DNA from: Candidatus Limnocylindrales bacterium
Lineage (GTDB): Bacteria; Chloroflexota; Limnocylindria; Limnocylindrales; CSP1-4
DNA: 64,000 nucleotides
Assembly (NCBI GenBank): GCA_035720425.1
Contig: DASTOB010000120.1
Location: forward strand, 229 to 64,228
Reading direction: 5' to 3'
Position numbers and translations under genes: made by a program. Position 1 is the first letter of the stretch. Every line of letters starts with the position of its first letter. Shown here in pieces: positions 45,457 through 53,987 of this stretch. The notes beneath the pieces are model-generated. The model did no database searches. It worked only from the letters and a program-made list of their open reading frames with translations, and had not been told where the DNA came from.

Positions 45457-45660
45457 TCATCGTTCCACCCGGGCGCGTGGCCGCAGCCAAATGTCCGCGC
45501 CAAACGGTCGGACCGCGCGGTGCGCGGTCGTGACTACCAGTTCGATCGGTCCCGACGATCGCTGCTTCAGGGTCAGGCCGCCGATCGGAATTGCCACGGA
45601 CACCACACATGCGGGCAGCCAGGGAGCGGCGACGTCGGGCCGAACGCTGTCGATGCGCAC
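45457..45660 (-). CDS. Putative 67-aa microprotein carrying only the AVxP-x5-WLR half-GAF tail
   Basis: VRIDSV...TTAHRAVRPFGADIWLRPRARVER* has the same P(+6)W-L-R spacing as the three membrane paralogs. Its GTG sits exactly 6 nt after the hexamer position of SARP site C. Confidence 0.55.
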   Translation of the reverse strand: MRIDSVRPDVAAPWLPACVVSVAIPIGGLTLKQRSSGPIELVVTTAHRAVRPFGADIWLRPRARVER

Positions 45661-45666
45661 GTCAGG

Positions 45667-45699
45667 AGTTTCTCCGAGAAACGTTCCGGGAACGTTACG
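45667..45699 (-). promoter_or_regulatory. SARP-type heptamer direct repeat, site C (divergent intergenic region)
   Basis: CGTAACG-TTCC-CGGAACG-N9-GAAACT-N6-GTG(45660). The regulator's own TACCGT-N6-GTG lies 20 bp away on the + strand. Confidence 0.7.
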
Positions 45700-45730
45700 G
45701 AATCGTGGCCACAAGCGCTACCGTTACGCC

Positions 45731-48688
45731 GTGCCTGGTTCGGATCGCCTCGACATCCGGCTGCTCGGCCCGCTCGAGATCGTGGCGGACGGCCGGCCAC
45801 TCGTCGTTGACACGCGCAAGGCGCTCGCGATCGTGGCGCTCCTCGCCGCGGAGCGTCGATCGTTCGCACGGGAGGAGCTGGCGGCGCTGCTCTGGCCGGA
45901 CGCGGACGACGAGTCGGCCCGCGGGGCCCTGCGTCGCACGCTGTCGTCGCTGCGTGCGGCGCTTGGGGGCCGATGGCTGCGCGCGGATCGCTCGACCGTC
46001 GGGCTCGACCCGGACGGCGTGTCGGTCGACCTCGATCGGGCTACGGCCGTTGCGGCAGGCGGGTCTGTCGGCGACCTCGCCGCCGCGGCGGACCTGCATC
46101 GTGGCCCGTTCATGGCCGGCTTCACCCTGCGCGACGCGCCGGAGTTCGACGACTGGCAGGCGGCCCGCGCGACTGCCGTCGCCGCCCAATTCGCCGGGCT
46201 GCTCGATCGACTCACGTCGGCCTTGCACGAGGCGGGCGATGCGGCCGGGGCCGTGGCGGCGGCGCGTCGGAGGATCGACCTCGACCCGCTCGACGAGGGC
46301 GGTCAGCGACGGCTCATCGAACTCCTCGCCGCGACGGGCGATCGATCCGGGGCCATTCGCCAGTACCGCGCCTGTGTCGCCGTGCTCGAGGCGGAGCTCG
46401 GGGTCCCGCCGCTGGCCGAGACCACCGAACTCTACGAACGCGTCCGGGACGACCGGGTCAGCACGTCAGCCGCGGTCGCGCCGCTGACTTCACCACCTTC
46501 GCCGGTTGCCGGAGCTCCGCGCCTTCCGGCTGCCGATGCACCACCATTCGTGGGCCGCGCCGGCGAACTCGAGACCCTGCTCGCAGCCCACGGCGCGGTC
46601 GACCGCGACGGCGCGCTCGCGATCGTCGAGGGCGAGGTCGGGATCGGCAAGACCCGCCTCGCGGAGGTGTTCAGCGACGCCGTGCGTCGCCGCGGCGCGC
46701 GCGTGCTCGGTGCGCGCTGCTATCCGGGCGAGCAGTCGGTCGCCTACGGTCCGATCATCGCGCTGCTCCGAGCCGGCCTGGCGCTGCCGGGCGGCGCGGA
46801 CCGGCTCGCCTCGCTCTCGGAGGTGGCGCGAACCGCCCTCACATCCCTCGATCCGGCGGTGAGCGCCGGCGGCGGACGTCGTGGCCGATCGCTCGTCCCC
46901 CTCGACGAGGGTGCCGCCCGCGCGCGATTGCTCGACGCGATCGCCGACGGGTTGACCGCCCTCACGGTGGGTGACGCAGCGGGGCTGGTCTGGCTCGACG
47001 ACGTCAACTGGGCGGACGAGGCGACGCTCGAGACGATCGCCTACCTCGGCCGCCGCCTCGCCGGCCGGTCGCTGCTCGTGCTCGTGACGTGGCGGCGCGA
47101 GGACCTCGACGGCATCGCGCTCCAGACGGTCGCCGGATTCGAGCGGACCGCCCGCGCCCACGTCCGTCTGCGGCGACTCGACCGAGATGCCGTTGCATCG
47201 CTCATCGGCGCCCTCGCCCCCGACGAGTCACGGCAGCCCGGCGTGATCGACGCGCTCGCGACGCGATCCGAAGGCGTTCCGCTGTACATCGTCGAGGCGC
47301 TTGCCGCTCCACGGCCGTCGGCCGCACCTGCGATCGCAACGGCGACGGCTACCGCCATTCCGCCTGGCGTGCGGGCGCTCGTCGCCGAGCGGCTGGCGTC
47401 GCTCGATGGTGCAGCCGGGCAGTTGATCGCGGCCGCCGCGGTGATCGGCCGATCGTTCGACGCGGGGATGTTGCGGCACGTCAGCGGCCGAACGGAAGAC
47501 GAGGTGATCGACGGCCTCGACCGGCTCGTGCGCCGGGGGTTCGTGCGCGAAACGGCGACCGCGACCGTGCGCGAGCCTGCGTTCGACTTCGTCCACGGCA
47601 GCGTTCGCGAGGTCGTCCTCGAGGGTTCCAGCCTGACCCGGAAGCGCCTCCTCCACCGGCGTGTCGCCGAGGCGGTCGCCGCCAGGCCGGTCGCTTCGCT
47701 CGGCGAGCCTGCCGTCGTCGACCGGCTCGACGGTTCCGTGGCGGCGTCGGCCGCGGTTCACCTCCGTGATGCCGGCCACGATCGCGAGGCTGCCCTGGCC
47801 TTTGCCAGGGCAGCAGACCATGCGCGATCGGTCCACGCCAACGCGGAGGCGGCCGAGCTCGCCCGGTCGGCGCTGGCACTCGGGCACCCGGACCCGGCCC
47901 GACTCCACGTCGTCCTCGGCGACATCGCCACGCTGTCCGGACGCTACGGAGAGGCGATTGCCGAATTCGAGGGCGCGGCGGCCGCCGCGTCAGCCGCGTC
48001 AGCCACGTCACCCGCGTCGACCTTGTCGGCCGCGTCGGCCGACGACGAGGCCCGGGACCGCCTGGCCGACCTCGAGCATCGGCTCGCCCTCGTCCATCAG
48101 CGCCGTGGCGATCCCGACACGGCCGACACCCACTTCGTCGCCGCGCTCGAGTTGACCGCCGACCGAGCGACGCGGGCGCGCATCCTCGCCGACCGGAGCC
48201 TCGGCGCGCATCTCGCGGGTCGGGGCGAGCAGGCCGCCGCGCTGGCGGCCGACGCGCTTGCCGCGTCCGACGAGTCCGGTGACGACCTCGCGCGGGCCAG
48301 GGCGGCCAACGTTGCCGGCGTCCTGGCCACCGAGCGCGGCGATCCCGCCGCGGGGCGGGTGCTTATCGAGCGGAGCCTCGCCCTCGCCGAGGCACGCGGC
48401 GAGATCCCGGCTCGGATCGCCGCCCTCAACAACCTCGCGCGCGCGGTGGCGGCGACCGGAGACGTCGACCTCGCGATCGAGTTCACCGATCTCGCCCTCG
48501 GCCTGTGCCGCTCGATCGGCGATCGACACCGCGAGGCGGCCCTCCACAACCATCGGGCCGACCTGCTCCGCGAGGCGGGGCGGCGTGACGCGGCCATCGA
48601 CGAGCTGAAGCAGGCGGTGGCGATCTTCGCCGATGTCGGCGAGCCGGGGGAGCTCGAGCCAGGCAAGTGGCGCCTGGCCACGTGGTGA
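45731..48688 (+). CDS. AfsR/SARP-family transcriptional activator (OmpR-type wHTH, BTAD, STAND AAA, TPR)
   Basis: IRLLGPLEI...RKALAIVALL...REELAALLWPD...ARGALRRTLSSLR. BTAD HRGPFMAG...FDDW...DPLDE...AIRQY...LGVPP. Walker A GEVGIGKT, WLDDVNWAD, EGVPLY. TPRs. GTG 45731 is preceded by TACCGT-N6. Confidence 0.93.
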   Translation: MPGSDRLDIRLLGPLEIVADGRPLVVDTRKALAIVALLAAERRSFAREELAALLWPDADDESARGALRRTLSSLRAALGGRWLRADRSTVGLDPDGVSVDLDRATAVAAGGSVGDLAAAADLHRGPFMAGFTLRDAPEFDDWQAARATAVAAQFAGLLDRLTSALHEAGDAAGAVAAARRRIDLDPLDEGGQRRLIELLAATGDRSGAIRQYRACVAVLEAELGVPPLAETTELYERVRDDRVSTSAAVAPLTSPPSPVAGAPRLPAADAPPFVGRAGELETLLAAHGAVDRDGALAIVEGEVGIGKTRLAEVFSDAVRRRGARVLGARCYPGEQSVAYGPIIALLRAGLALPGGADRLASLSEVARTALTSLDPAVSAGGGRRGRSLVPLDEGAARARLLDAIADGLTALTVGDAAGLVWLDDVNWADEATLETIAYLGRRLAGRSLLVLVTWRREDLDGIALQTVAGFERTARAHVRLRRLDRDAVASLIGALAPDESRQPGVIDALATRSEGVPLYIVEALAAPRPSAAPAIATATATAIPPGVRALVAERLASLDGAAGQLIAAAAVIGRSFDAGMLRHVSGRTEDEVIDGLDRLVRRGFVRETATATVREPAFDFVHGSVREVVLEGSSLTRKRLLHRRVAEAVAARPVASLGEPAVVDRLDGSVAASAAVHLRDAGHDREAALAFARAADHARSVHANAEAAELARSALALGHPDPARLHVVLGDIATLSGRYGEAIAEFEGAAAAASAASATSPASTLSAASADDEARDRLADLEHRLALVHQRRGDPDTADTHFVAALELTADRATRARILADRSLGAHLAGRGEQAAALAADALAASDESGDDLARARAANVAGVLATERGDPAAGRVLIERSLALAEARGEIPARIAALNNLARAVAATGDVDLAIEFTDLALGLCRSIGDRHREAALHNHRADLLREAGRRDAAIDELKQAVAIFADVGEPGELEPGKWRLATW

Positions 48689-48728
48689 CGCGCTGAGCGA
48701 CGCGCCGCCCGATCGGCCGAGGAAGCGG

Positions 48729-49949
48729 TCAGCCGTCGCCCCGCCCGGCGCGCAGCCAGAGCGCGATCCGATCCGGCTCGACGGCGCTCGCGGCGACGGC
48801 CACTGATCGCTCTCGCAGCGTGGCGAGGTCGACCTCGTCACGCAGGTGGTCGGCGAACGCCGCGGCCAATCGCTCCGCGTCGAACCGCGCGCGGTGGAAG
48901 CGCCGATCGACGGCGCGCTGCGTCCGGGCCCGGACGGGCGCGAAGAGGCCCGCCACGAGCAAGGTCGACGCAGCGACGACGAGCGTGTCTGCCTGGACGA
49001 TCGGAGCCAGCACCCCCTGGAGGACGAGGTTCGCGCCGAGGAACACGATCGTCAGGACGGCCGTTACCGCCGCGTAGCCGATCGTCCGGCTGACGATGCG
49101 GTCGATCTCGTACAGCCGGTAGCGAAGGATCGCGATCCCGATCCCGATCGGGATGAGCAGTGGCGAGACGACGACGAGGATCAAGGCGACCGTCGCGATT
49201 GGATCGCTCCAGTTCGAGACGAACAGGATCGCCATGCCGGACGCGGCCGCCGCGGCCGCGGACAGCACCCAGCGGATCTGCGCGCGGACGCGAGGGGACG
49301 ACCGTCGGTACGTCACGAGCGAGGCAGCAAGCGACAGGAGCGCTGCGAGGCTGAGGAAGCGGGGTGCCCATTCGGCCGCCAGATCGAAGACCTCCACGGG
49401 GAGACTGAAGATGGCAATCGGGTTGGCCGAAATGAGGATCCACGAGATCGGCACCTCACCCGGACGCCAGAGCTGGAGTGCCTGGAGTACGGCGAAGACG
49501 ACGATCAGTGCATCGATGATCCGCCACTGCCTGCCCGGTAGGCGGCCGTCCGGAAACCGGGCCAGGATCACCACGATCCCGACGAGGCCGAACCATTGCA
49601 GGTACGCGGTCAGGTTCGCGCCGACGATCAGGACCGCCGGCAATCGTCCTGGCGCTACGTCGGCAATCGCGACGATCGCCACGATGGCGAGCTGCACGCC
49701 AAGCACAAGGCCGGTCGCGAGGCAGATCCGACCGATCACGTTGCCCGGCCGCCGGGACACGATGAGCGCTCCGACCATCGTGAAGCCGACCGCCAGCGCG
49801 GGCGACCAGACCAGCTCGGTCACGTCGGCGTAACCGCGTCGAATGAACACCACGACCCAGATGCCGATGATCGCGACGGCGATCGCGAACAGCAGGGCGA
49901 GCAGGAGCCCCCGCAATCTCCACGCTGCGCGATCGGGCGGGGCGATCAC
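48729..49949 (-). CDS. Multi-TM sensor-like membrane protein ending in a partial GAF (paralog 3)
   Basis: VGALIVSRRPGNVIG, FPDGRLPGRQWR, NPIAI, RAQIRW, IAILRYRLYEID, LFAPVRARTQRAVDRRF, ends AVEPDRIALWLRAGRGDG*. GTGA-coupled to the nucleoside hydrolase gene. Confidence 0.87.
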   Translation of the reverse strand: MIAPPDRAAWRLRGLLLALLFAIAVAIIGIWVVVFIRRGYADVTELVWSPALAVGFTMVGALIVSRRPGNVIGRICLATGLVLGVQLAIVAIVAIADVAPGRLPAVLIVGANLTAYLQWFGLVGIVVILARFPDGRLPGRQWRIIDALIVVFAVLQALQLWRPGEVPISWILISANPIAIFSLPVEVFDLAAEWAPRFLSLAALLSLAASLVTYRRSSPRVRAQIRWVLSAAAAAASGMAILFVSNWSDPIATVALILVVVSPLLIPIGIGIAILRYRLYEIDRIVSRTIGYAAVTAVLTIVFLGANLVLQGVLAPIVQADTLVVAASTLLVAGLFAPVRARTQRAVDRRFHRARFDAERLAAAFADHLRDEVDLATLRERSVAVAASAVEPDRIALWLRAGRGDG

Positions 49950-51388
49950 TCGGCCACCTCAAACGACGCCGCGAGGCCATAGGTGAGGTTGGGCAACTCT
50001 CCCGTGATGCACAACCCGCGGAACGATCCGTCCCTGACCTCGACGAGCCCGGAGCCGGTGGCGTTCCTCTCCGCTTCGGCGAAACCGGCGATGAGCACCC
50101 AGCTCGGCGGCTGCCCGCCCTCCTCGCCAGCAAGCTCGGCGAGCAGCGTCTCGAACTCGGCCCACCCGTGGGGTGGCTGAATGCCGACGACGACCAGTCC
50201 GGCGGGCCCCGACGTCTCGTTCACGAGGTGGGCACGGTACATCCCGGCTTGGGCGGGCGTCGAGCCCTCCGCTGAGCAGGTCCTACCGTCCCATCGGACG
50301 GTCATGTCGCCGCGGATGGCGAAGGGATCCGCTCGCGGTCCCCCGCGGCGGAGCGCCTGAAGCAGCGCGGCCTCGACCGCCGGCCGATCGGCCGCCGTGG
50401 CGAACCGGATCGGCCGGCCGGCGGGATCGCGATCGATCCGACCGGCGGCGGTCGCGCTGACCGTCGCATCCGCCCACGTGACGAGGTCCTGATCGGAGAC
50501 CGCGAGCGCGGCGAGTTCGTCCCACAGCTGGCCACCGGGAAGCGACAGGCGCTCCGGGAACCGGACGAGCAGCTCGTAGGCGAGGTCCGCGCCCGCGGCC
50601 GCGTGATCCTCCTCGAGGCGTTCGAGGAGGTCTGGCGGGACGGGCACGTCATCGGTCGCGTCGAGCGGGACGAGCGTGACCGGGACGTCGAGCGCGAGGA
50701 CCGCGGTGAACGCGTCGGCATCGGCCACGACGTTCCACTCCAGCCGGTCCGCCTCGGCCACGCCGTCGACGAGGACGTTGCCGGGCGCGTCGATCGCGCC
50801 GGCCATCGCGTGGATGCCCGCCACGTCGTCGACGAGCGCAGGGTCGGCCGCGAACGCATCAGCGATGTTCGTCCACGGACCCAGGGCAATGATCGTGATC
50901 GGCTCCGCGCTCGCGGCGATGACCCGCGCGATGAGGTCGGCCGCCTCCTCGGGAATCCCGGCTTCGACCACCGGTGGAATGTCGAGGCCGTACGCGCCGT
51001 CGGCCTGATCGCGCCACTCGGCTGGGAACGGTCGGCCATTCGGTCCGATGCTCTCGCGCCCGCAGGCGAACGGGACGTCCGTCCGCTCGAGCTGCTCGAG
51101 CAGGTAGCGGGTCACCCGTCGGCCGCCCGCGCAGTGCACGAGCCCGGTCCCGTCGATCGCGATGGCCCGGACGTCGAGCGCCGGGTCTCGCAGTAGGACG
51201 GCGACCGCGAACAGGTCGCTGATGTCCATGTCCGCGTCGACGATGACCGGTCGGGGCAGTCCGGACGGTGGCTCCGCTACGGGCGGCAGGCTGGGAGACG
51301 TCGTCGACGGCGAGCACGCGGCGGCGAGACCAGTTGCCCAGAGCGCGGCGGTGACGAGCAGGCCGAAACGACGGTTCCGTGGGTTCAT
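49946..51388 (-). CDS. Lipoprotein nucleoside hydrolase (IU-NH fold) with extra C-terminal domain
   Basis: Lipobox GLAAA|C. VIVDADMDISD (DxDxxxDD variant), IALGPWTNIA, MAGAI...GN, EWNVVAD, LVPLDAT, LWDELAA. Confidence 0.85.
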   Translation of the reverse strand: MNPRNRRFGLLVTAALWATGLAAACSPSTTSPSLPPVAEPPSGLPRPVIVDADMDISDLFAVAVLLRDPALDVRAIAIDGTGLVHCAGGRRVTRYLLEQLERTDVPFACGRESIGPNGRPFPAEWRDQADGAYGLDIPPVVEAGIPEEAADLIARVIAASAEPITIIALGPWTNIADAFAADPALVDDVAGIHAMAGAIDAPGNVLVDGVAEADRLEWNVVADADAFTAVLALDVPVTLVPLDATDDVPVPPDLLERLEEDHAAAGADLAYELLVRFPERLSLPGGQLWDELAALAVSDQDLVTWADATVSATAAGRIDRDPAGRPIRFATAADRPAVEAALLQALRRGGPRADPFAIRGDMTVRWDGRTCSAEGSTPAQAGMYRAHLVNETSGPAGLVVVGIQPPHGWAEFETLLAELAGEEGGQPPSWVLIAGFAEAERNATGSGLVEVRDGSFRGLCITGELPNLTYGLAASFEVAE

Positions 51389-51395
51389 GCCGCAC

Positions 51396-51428
51396 AGGAA
51401 AGCGGTCCGCCGCTACGGACTCGTTACG
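51396..51428 (-). promoter_or_regulatory. SARP-type heptamer direct repeat, site D
   Basis: CGTAACG-AGTC-CGTAGCG-N9-TTTCCT-N7-ATG(51388). The first heptamer contains the upstream gene's TAA. Confidence 0.6.
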
Positions 51429-51870
51429 GAAGCGCGCCCCGGTCGAACCAGATCCGCTCGCCGGCGAAGCGCTCGGCGACTGGGTCCCACGGAAAGAGGA
51501 TGAGCACCTCGAGGCTGACCGGCATTCCGGATGGCGGAGCTCCCGCCCACGGGCCGAGGTTCGTACCGGTCAGCCGCGCCGCCTCGAACACGCCCTGCGG
51601 GCCGACGACGACCTCGGTCAGGGCAAACGCGTTGTCGGGGAAGGCGGCGAACAGCTCCGTGTAGAAAGCGCGCGCACCCGCGTGACCGTCCCAGCGCTGC
51701 CCGGTCGGCACGATCTCGTACGTGCAGTCCGCCGACAGCGTGGCGACGAGGCCGTCCACGTCGCGCCGATCCTCGGCGATCGAGTGGCGGACCCACAGCC
51801 GCTTGATACGCCGCAGCTCCGCCGGGTCGAAGCGGCGCCCGAGCTGCTCCCGCATCGCACGTGCTGTCAT
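51424..51870 (-). CDS. SnoaL-like/ester cyclase (NTF2-fold) protein
   Basis: HSIAEDRRDVDGLVATL...GHAGARAFYTELFAAFPD...GTNLGPWAGAPPSG...GERIWFD. GGAGG RBS, ATG 51870. Confidence 0.85.
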   Translation of the reverse strand: MTARAMREQLGRRFDPAELRRIKRLWVRHSIAEDRRDVDGLVATLSADCTYEIVPTGQRWDGHAGARAFYTELFAAFPDNAFALTEVVVGPQGVFEAARLTGTNLGPWAGAPPSGMPVSLEVLILFPWDPVAERFAGERIWFDRGALP

Positions 51871-51907
51871 CCGGGCATCCTCCCACGCCGATACACTCGC
51901 GCGCACC

Positions 51908-52609
51908 GTGCCCGACGAAGTGACCGTCCTGACATCCCGCGATCTCGAGATCGGCGGCCGCCCAGCAACGTGGTTCGAGCTGGAGGGTTCGTCGACCGCG
52001 CCGGAGCGCCTCGAGGCATGCTTCGACGCCCTCGAGCGGGCGCTCGCCGGGCATGGCCTGACGCTCGCCGACGTCGTGCGCAGCCGCATGACGGCTGCGA
52101 CGCGCGAGGGCCGCGCCGCCGCCAGCGCGGTCCGGCTGCGCCGCCTGTCGGTCCCGTTCCCGTGCGCGACGTCGAGCTACATCGATCCGTCCGCGTTCGC
52201 GGGATCGGACGGGATCCGGCTCGCCACGCTGGCCGTGCGCCGAGCAGGCCTGGACAAGACCGCGATCGCGCACGACCCCTCACCGCCGCCGTGGAAGTTC
52301 GTTGCGACCGGCGACCTCGCGTTCCTGTCGGGGATCACCTCACCGGCCGACGGGTTCGACGCGCAGCTCCCGGAGATCCGCGCGCGGGTCCTCGCGACGC
52401 TGGCGATGGCGGAGCAGCGGATCGGGCGACCGATCCGGCCGACGACGGTGTCGGCCTACGTCGGTCGGTCCATTGCGCTCGAGACGGCCGGCGATCTCGC
52501 CGCGCGGGTGGGCCTCGCGGGGACGCCGATCGCCGTGCGGCGTTGCGACGGCTTCGCCTCGCCCGCGTCGCTCATCGAGATCGAGATCGACGCCGCGCCG
52601 GGGGATTGA
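51908..52609 (+). CDS. Tandem RidA/YjgF-fold-like hypothetical protein
   Basis: CFDALERALAGHGLTLADVV, LAFLSGITS, SLIEIEIDA resemble YjgF motifs, apparently duplicated. Confidence 0.55.
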   Translation: MPDEVTVLTSRDLEIGGRPATWFELEGSSTAPERLEACFDALERALAGHGLTLADVVRSRMTAATREGRAAASAVRLRRLSVPFPCATSSYIDPSAFAGSDGIRLATLAVRRAGLDKTAIAHDPSPPPWKFVATGDLAFLSGITSPADGFDAQLPEIRARVLATLAMAEQRIGRPIRPTTVSAYVGRSIALETAGDLAARVGLAGTPIAVRRCDGFASPASLIEIEIDAAPGD

Positions 52610-52625
52610 CCAGGGCGGGGCGGGC

Positions 52626-53987
52626 TCAGTGTTCCGTTGCGCCGGTGAACGTCCAGGCGTCGATCCGGACCGCCGGCACCACGGCTGCGCCGAGGAAGCC
52701 CCGCAGCGTCCGCCGATCGTGGCCCACCGCCGACACGCCTGCCAGCGCGTCGAGGTAGCTCTGCGTGTAGCGCAGGTTCCGCGCTGGGCCCACGATCCGG
52801 CCGCCCTCGACGAGGAACGTTCCGTCGCGGGTCATGCCGGTGATGATCGCGAGCTTGGGATGAACCGGGTTCGTGTAGTGGAAGCGGGTCACGAGGAGCC
52901 CGTGGTCGAGGTTGCCGATCAGCTCGTCCCGGTTCGCTGTCCCGCCGTCCATGATCATGTTGAGCGGGAATGGCCCGTACGCGTTCGGGGCCGGCAGACC
53001 GTGGCCGGTCGAGCGGGCACCGTCCCGGGCGGCGGTCTGCGTGTCGTAGACGAGGTCGCGGCAGATCCCGCGCTCGACGAGTTCGACGCGCGCCTTCGCG
53101 ACGCCCTCGTAGTCGAAGCCCATCGGGAGCCCGGCCGGCTCCGCCGGGTCGTCGCGGATGGTCACGAGGTCGCTGCCGATCCGCCGGCCGCGCTCGTAGA
53201 ACGAGCGACCCTCCTGCACGGCGAGAGCGCCGAAGCCGAGGTAGCCGATCATGTCGAGGAGGTCGACGACGGCGTACTCCTCGAGCACGACCGGGTAGTC
53301 GCCGGGCTCGACCGATACGGGGTTCCCGGTCGCCCGGGCCTTGGCCGCCGCCTCCCGGCCGAGCGCCATCGCGTCGATCGTCGTCGCGTCCGTCGCGACC
53401 GCCTCCGCGTAGCCGGATCCGCCGCCGGGCGCCATGTGAACGGTGATGAGCTGCGACGACGTCCGGTCCTCGGCCGCCCGAACACCCTTCGAATTCGCGA
53501 TCGCGATCGTCTCGGTCGTGGTGGCGAATGAGCCGTACGCGGTAACGCCGGCCTCGTCCGCCGCGGCGATGACGGCGCGGACCGCATCGGCCCGGAATTC
53601 CGGCGTCGCGGCCGCCGTCGCTGCGGCGAAGGCGGTCGGGCGGTCCGGAACGGGCCCCGCCTCCGGCAAGCCGGCCCAGTCGGCCAGCTCCTCGACGTTG
53701 CGGGCGATCGAGGCGGCGTTGCCGGCCAGCGCGAGCAGGCCGTCGGGGTCCGTGCGACCGGACGACGCGACCCCGACGCGCTTCCCGATCACGACCCGCA
53801 GGTTGATCGTCACGCCTGTTTCGGCCACGTTCTGGTGGATCTCACTGTTCGCGAAGCGCGTCAGCGCCGACGCATCGGCCATGACGAGCGCCTCCGCCTC
53901 CGTCGCGCCCTCGCGCGCGGCGTGACCGAGCAGGGTTTCCGCCACCGCCAACCAGTCGGTTCGGTCGTCCACCCGGCGCTCGCTCAC
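52626..53987 (-). CDS. pmbA: TldE/PmbA family protein
   Basis: TRFANSEIHQN, PGDYPVVL, FDYEGV, GLLVTRFHY, TGMTRDGTFLVEGG. No HExxxH. GTGA overlap with tldD. Confidence 0.88.
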   Translation of the reverse strand: MSERRVDDRTDWLAVAETLLGHAAREGATEAEALVMADASALTRFANSEIHQNVAETGVTINLRVVIGKRVGVASSGRTDPDGLLALAGNAASIARNVEELADWAGLPEAGPVPDRPTAFAAATAAATPEFRADAVRAVIAAADEAGVTAYGSFATTTETIAIANSKGVRAAEDRTSSQLITVHMAPGGGSGYAEAVATDATTIDAMALGREAAAKARATGNPVSVEPGDYPVVLEEYAVVDLLDMIGYLGFGALAVQEGRSFYERGRRIGSDLVTIRDDPAEPAGLPMGFDYEGVAKARVELVERGICRDLVYDTQTAARDGARSTGHGLPAPNAYGPFPLNMIMDGGTANRDELIGNLDHGLLVTRFHYTNPVHPKLAIITGMTRDGTFLVEGGRIVGPARNLRYTQSYLDALAGVSAVGHDRRTLRGFLGAAVVPAVRIDAWTFTGATEH

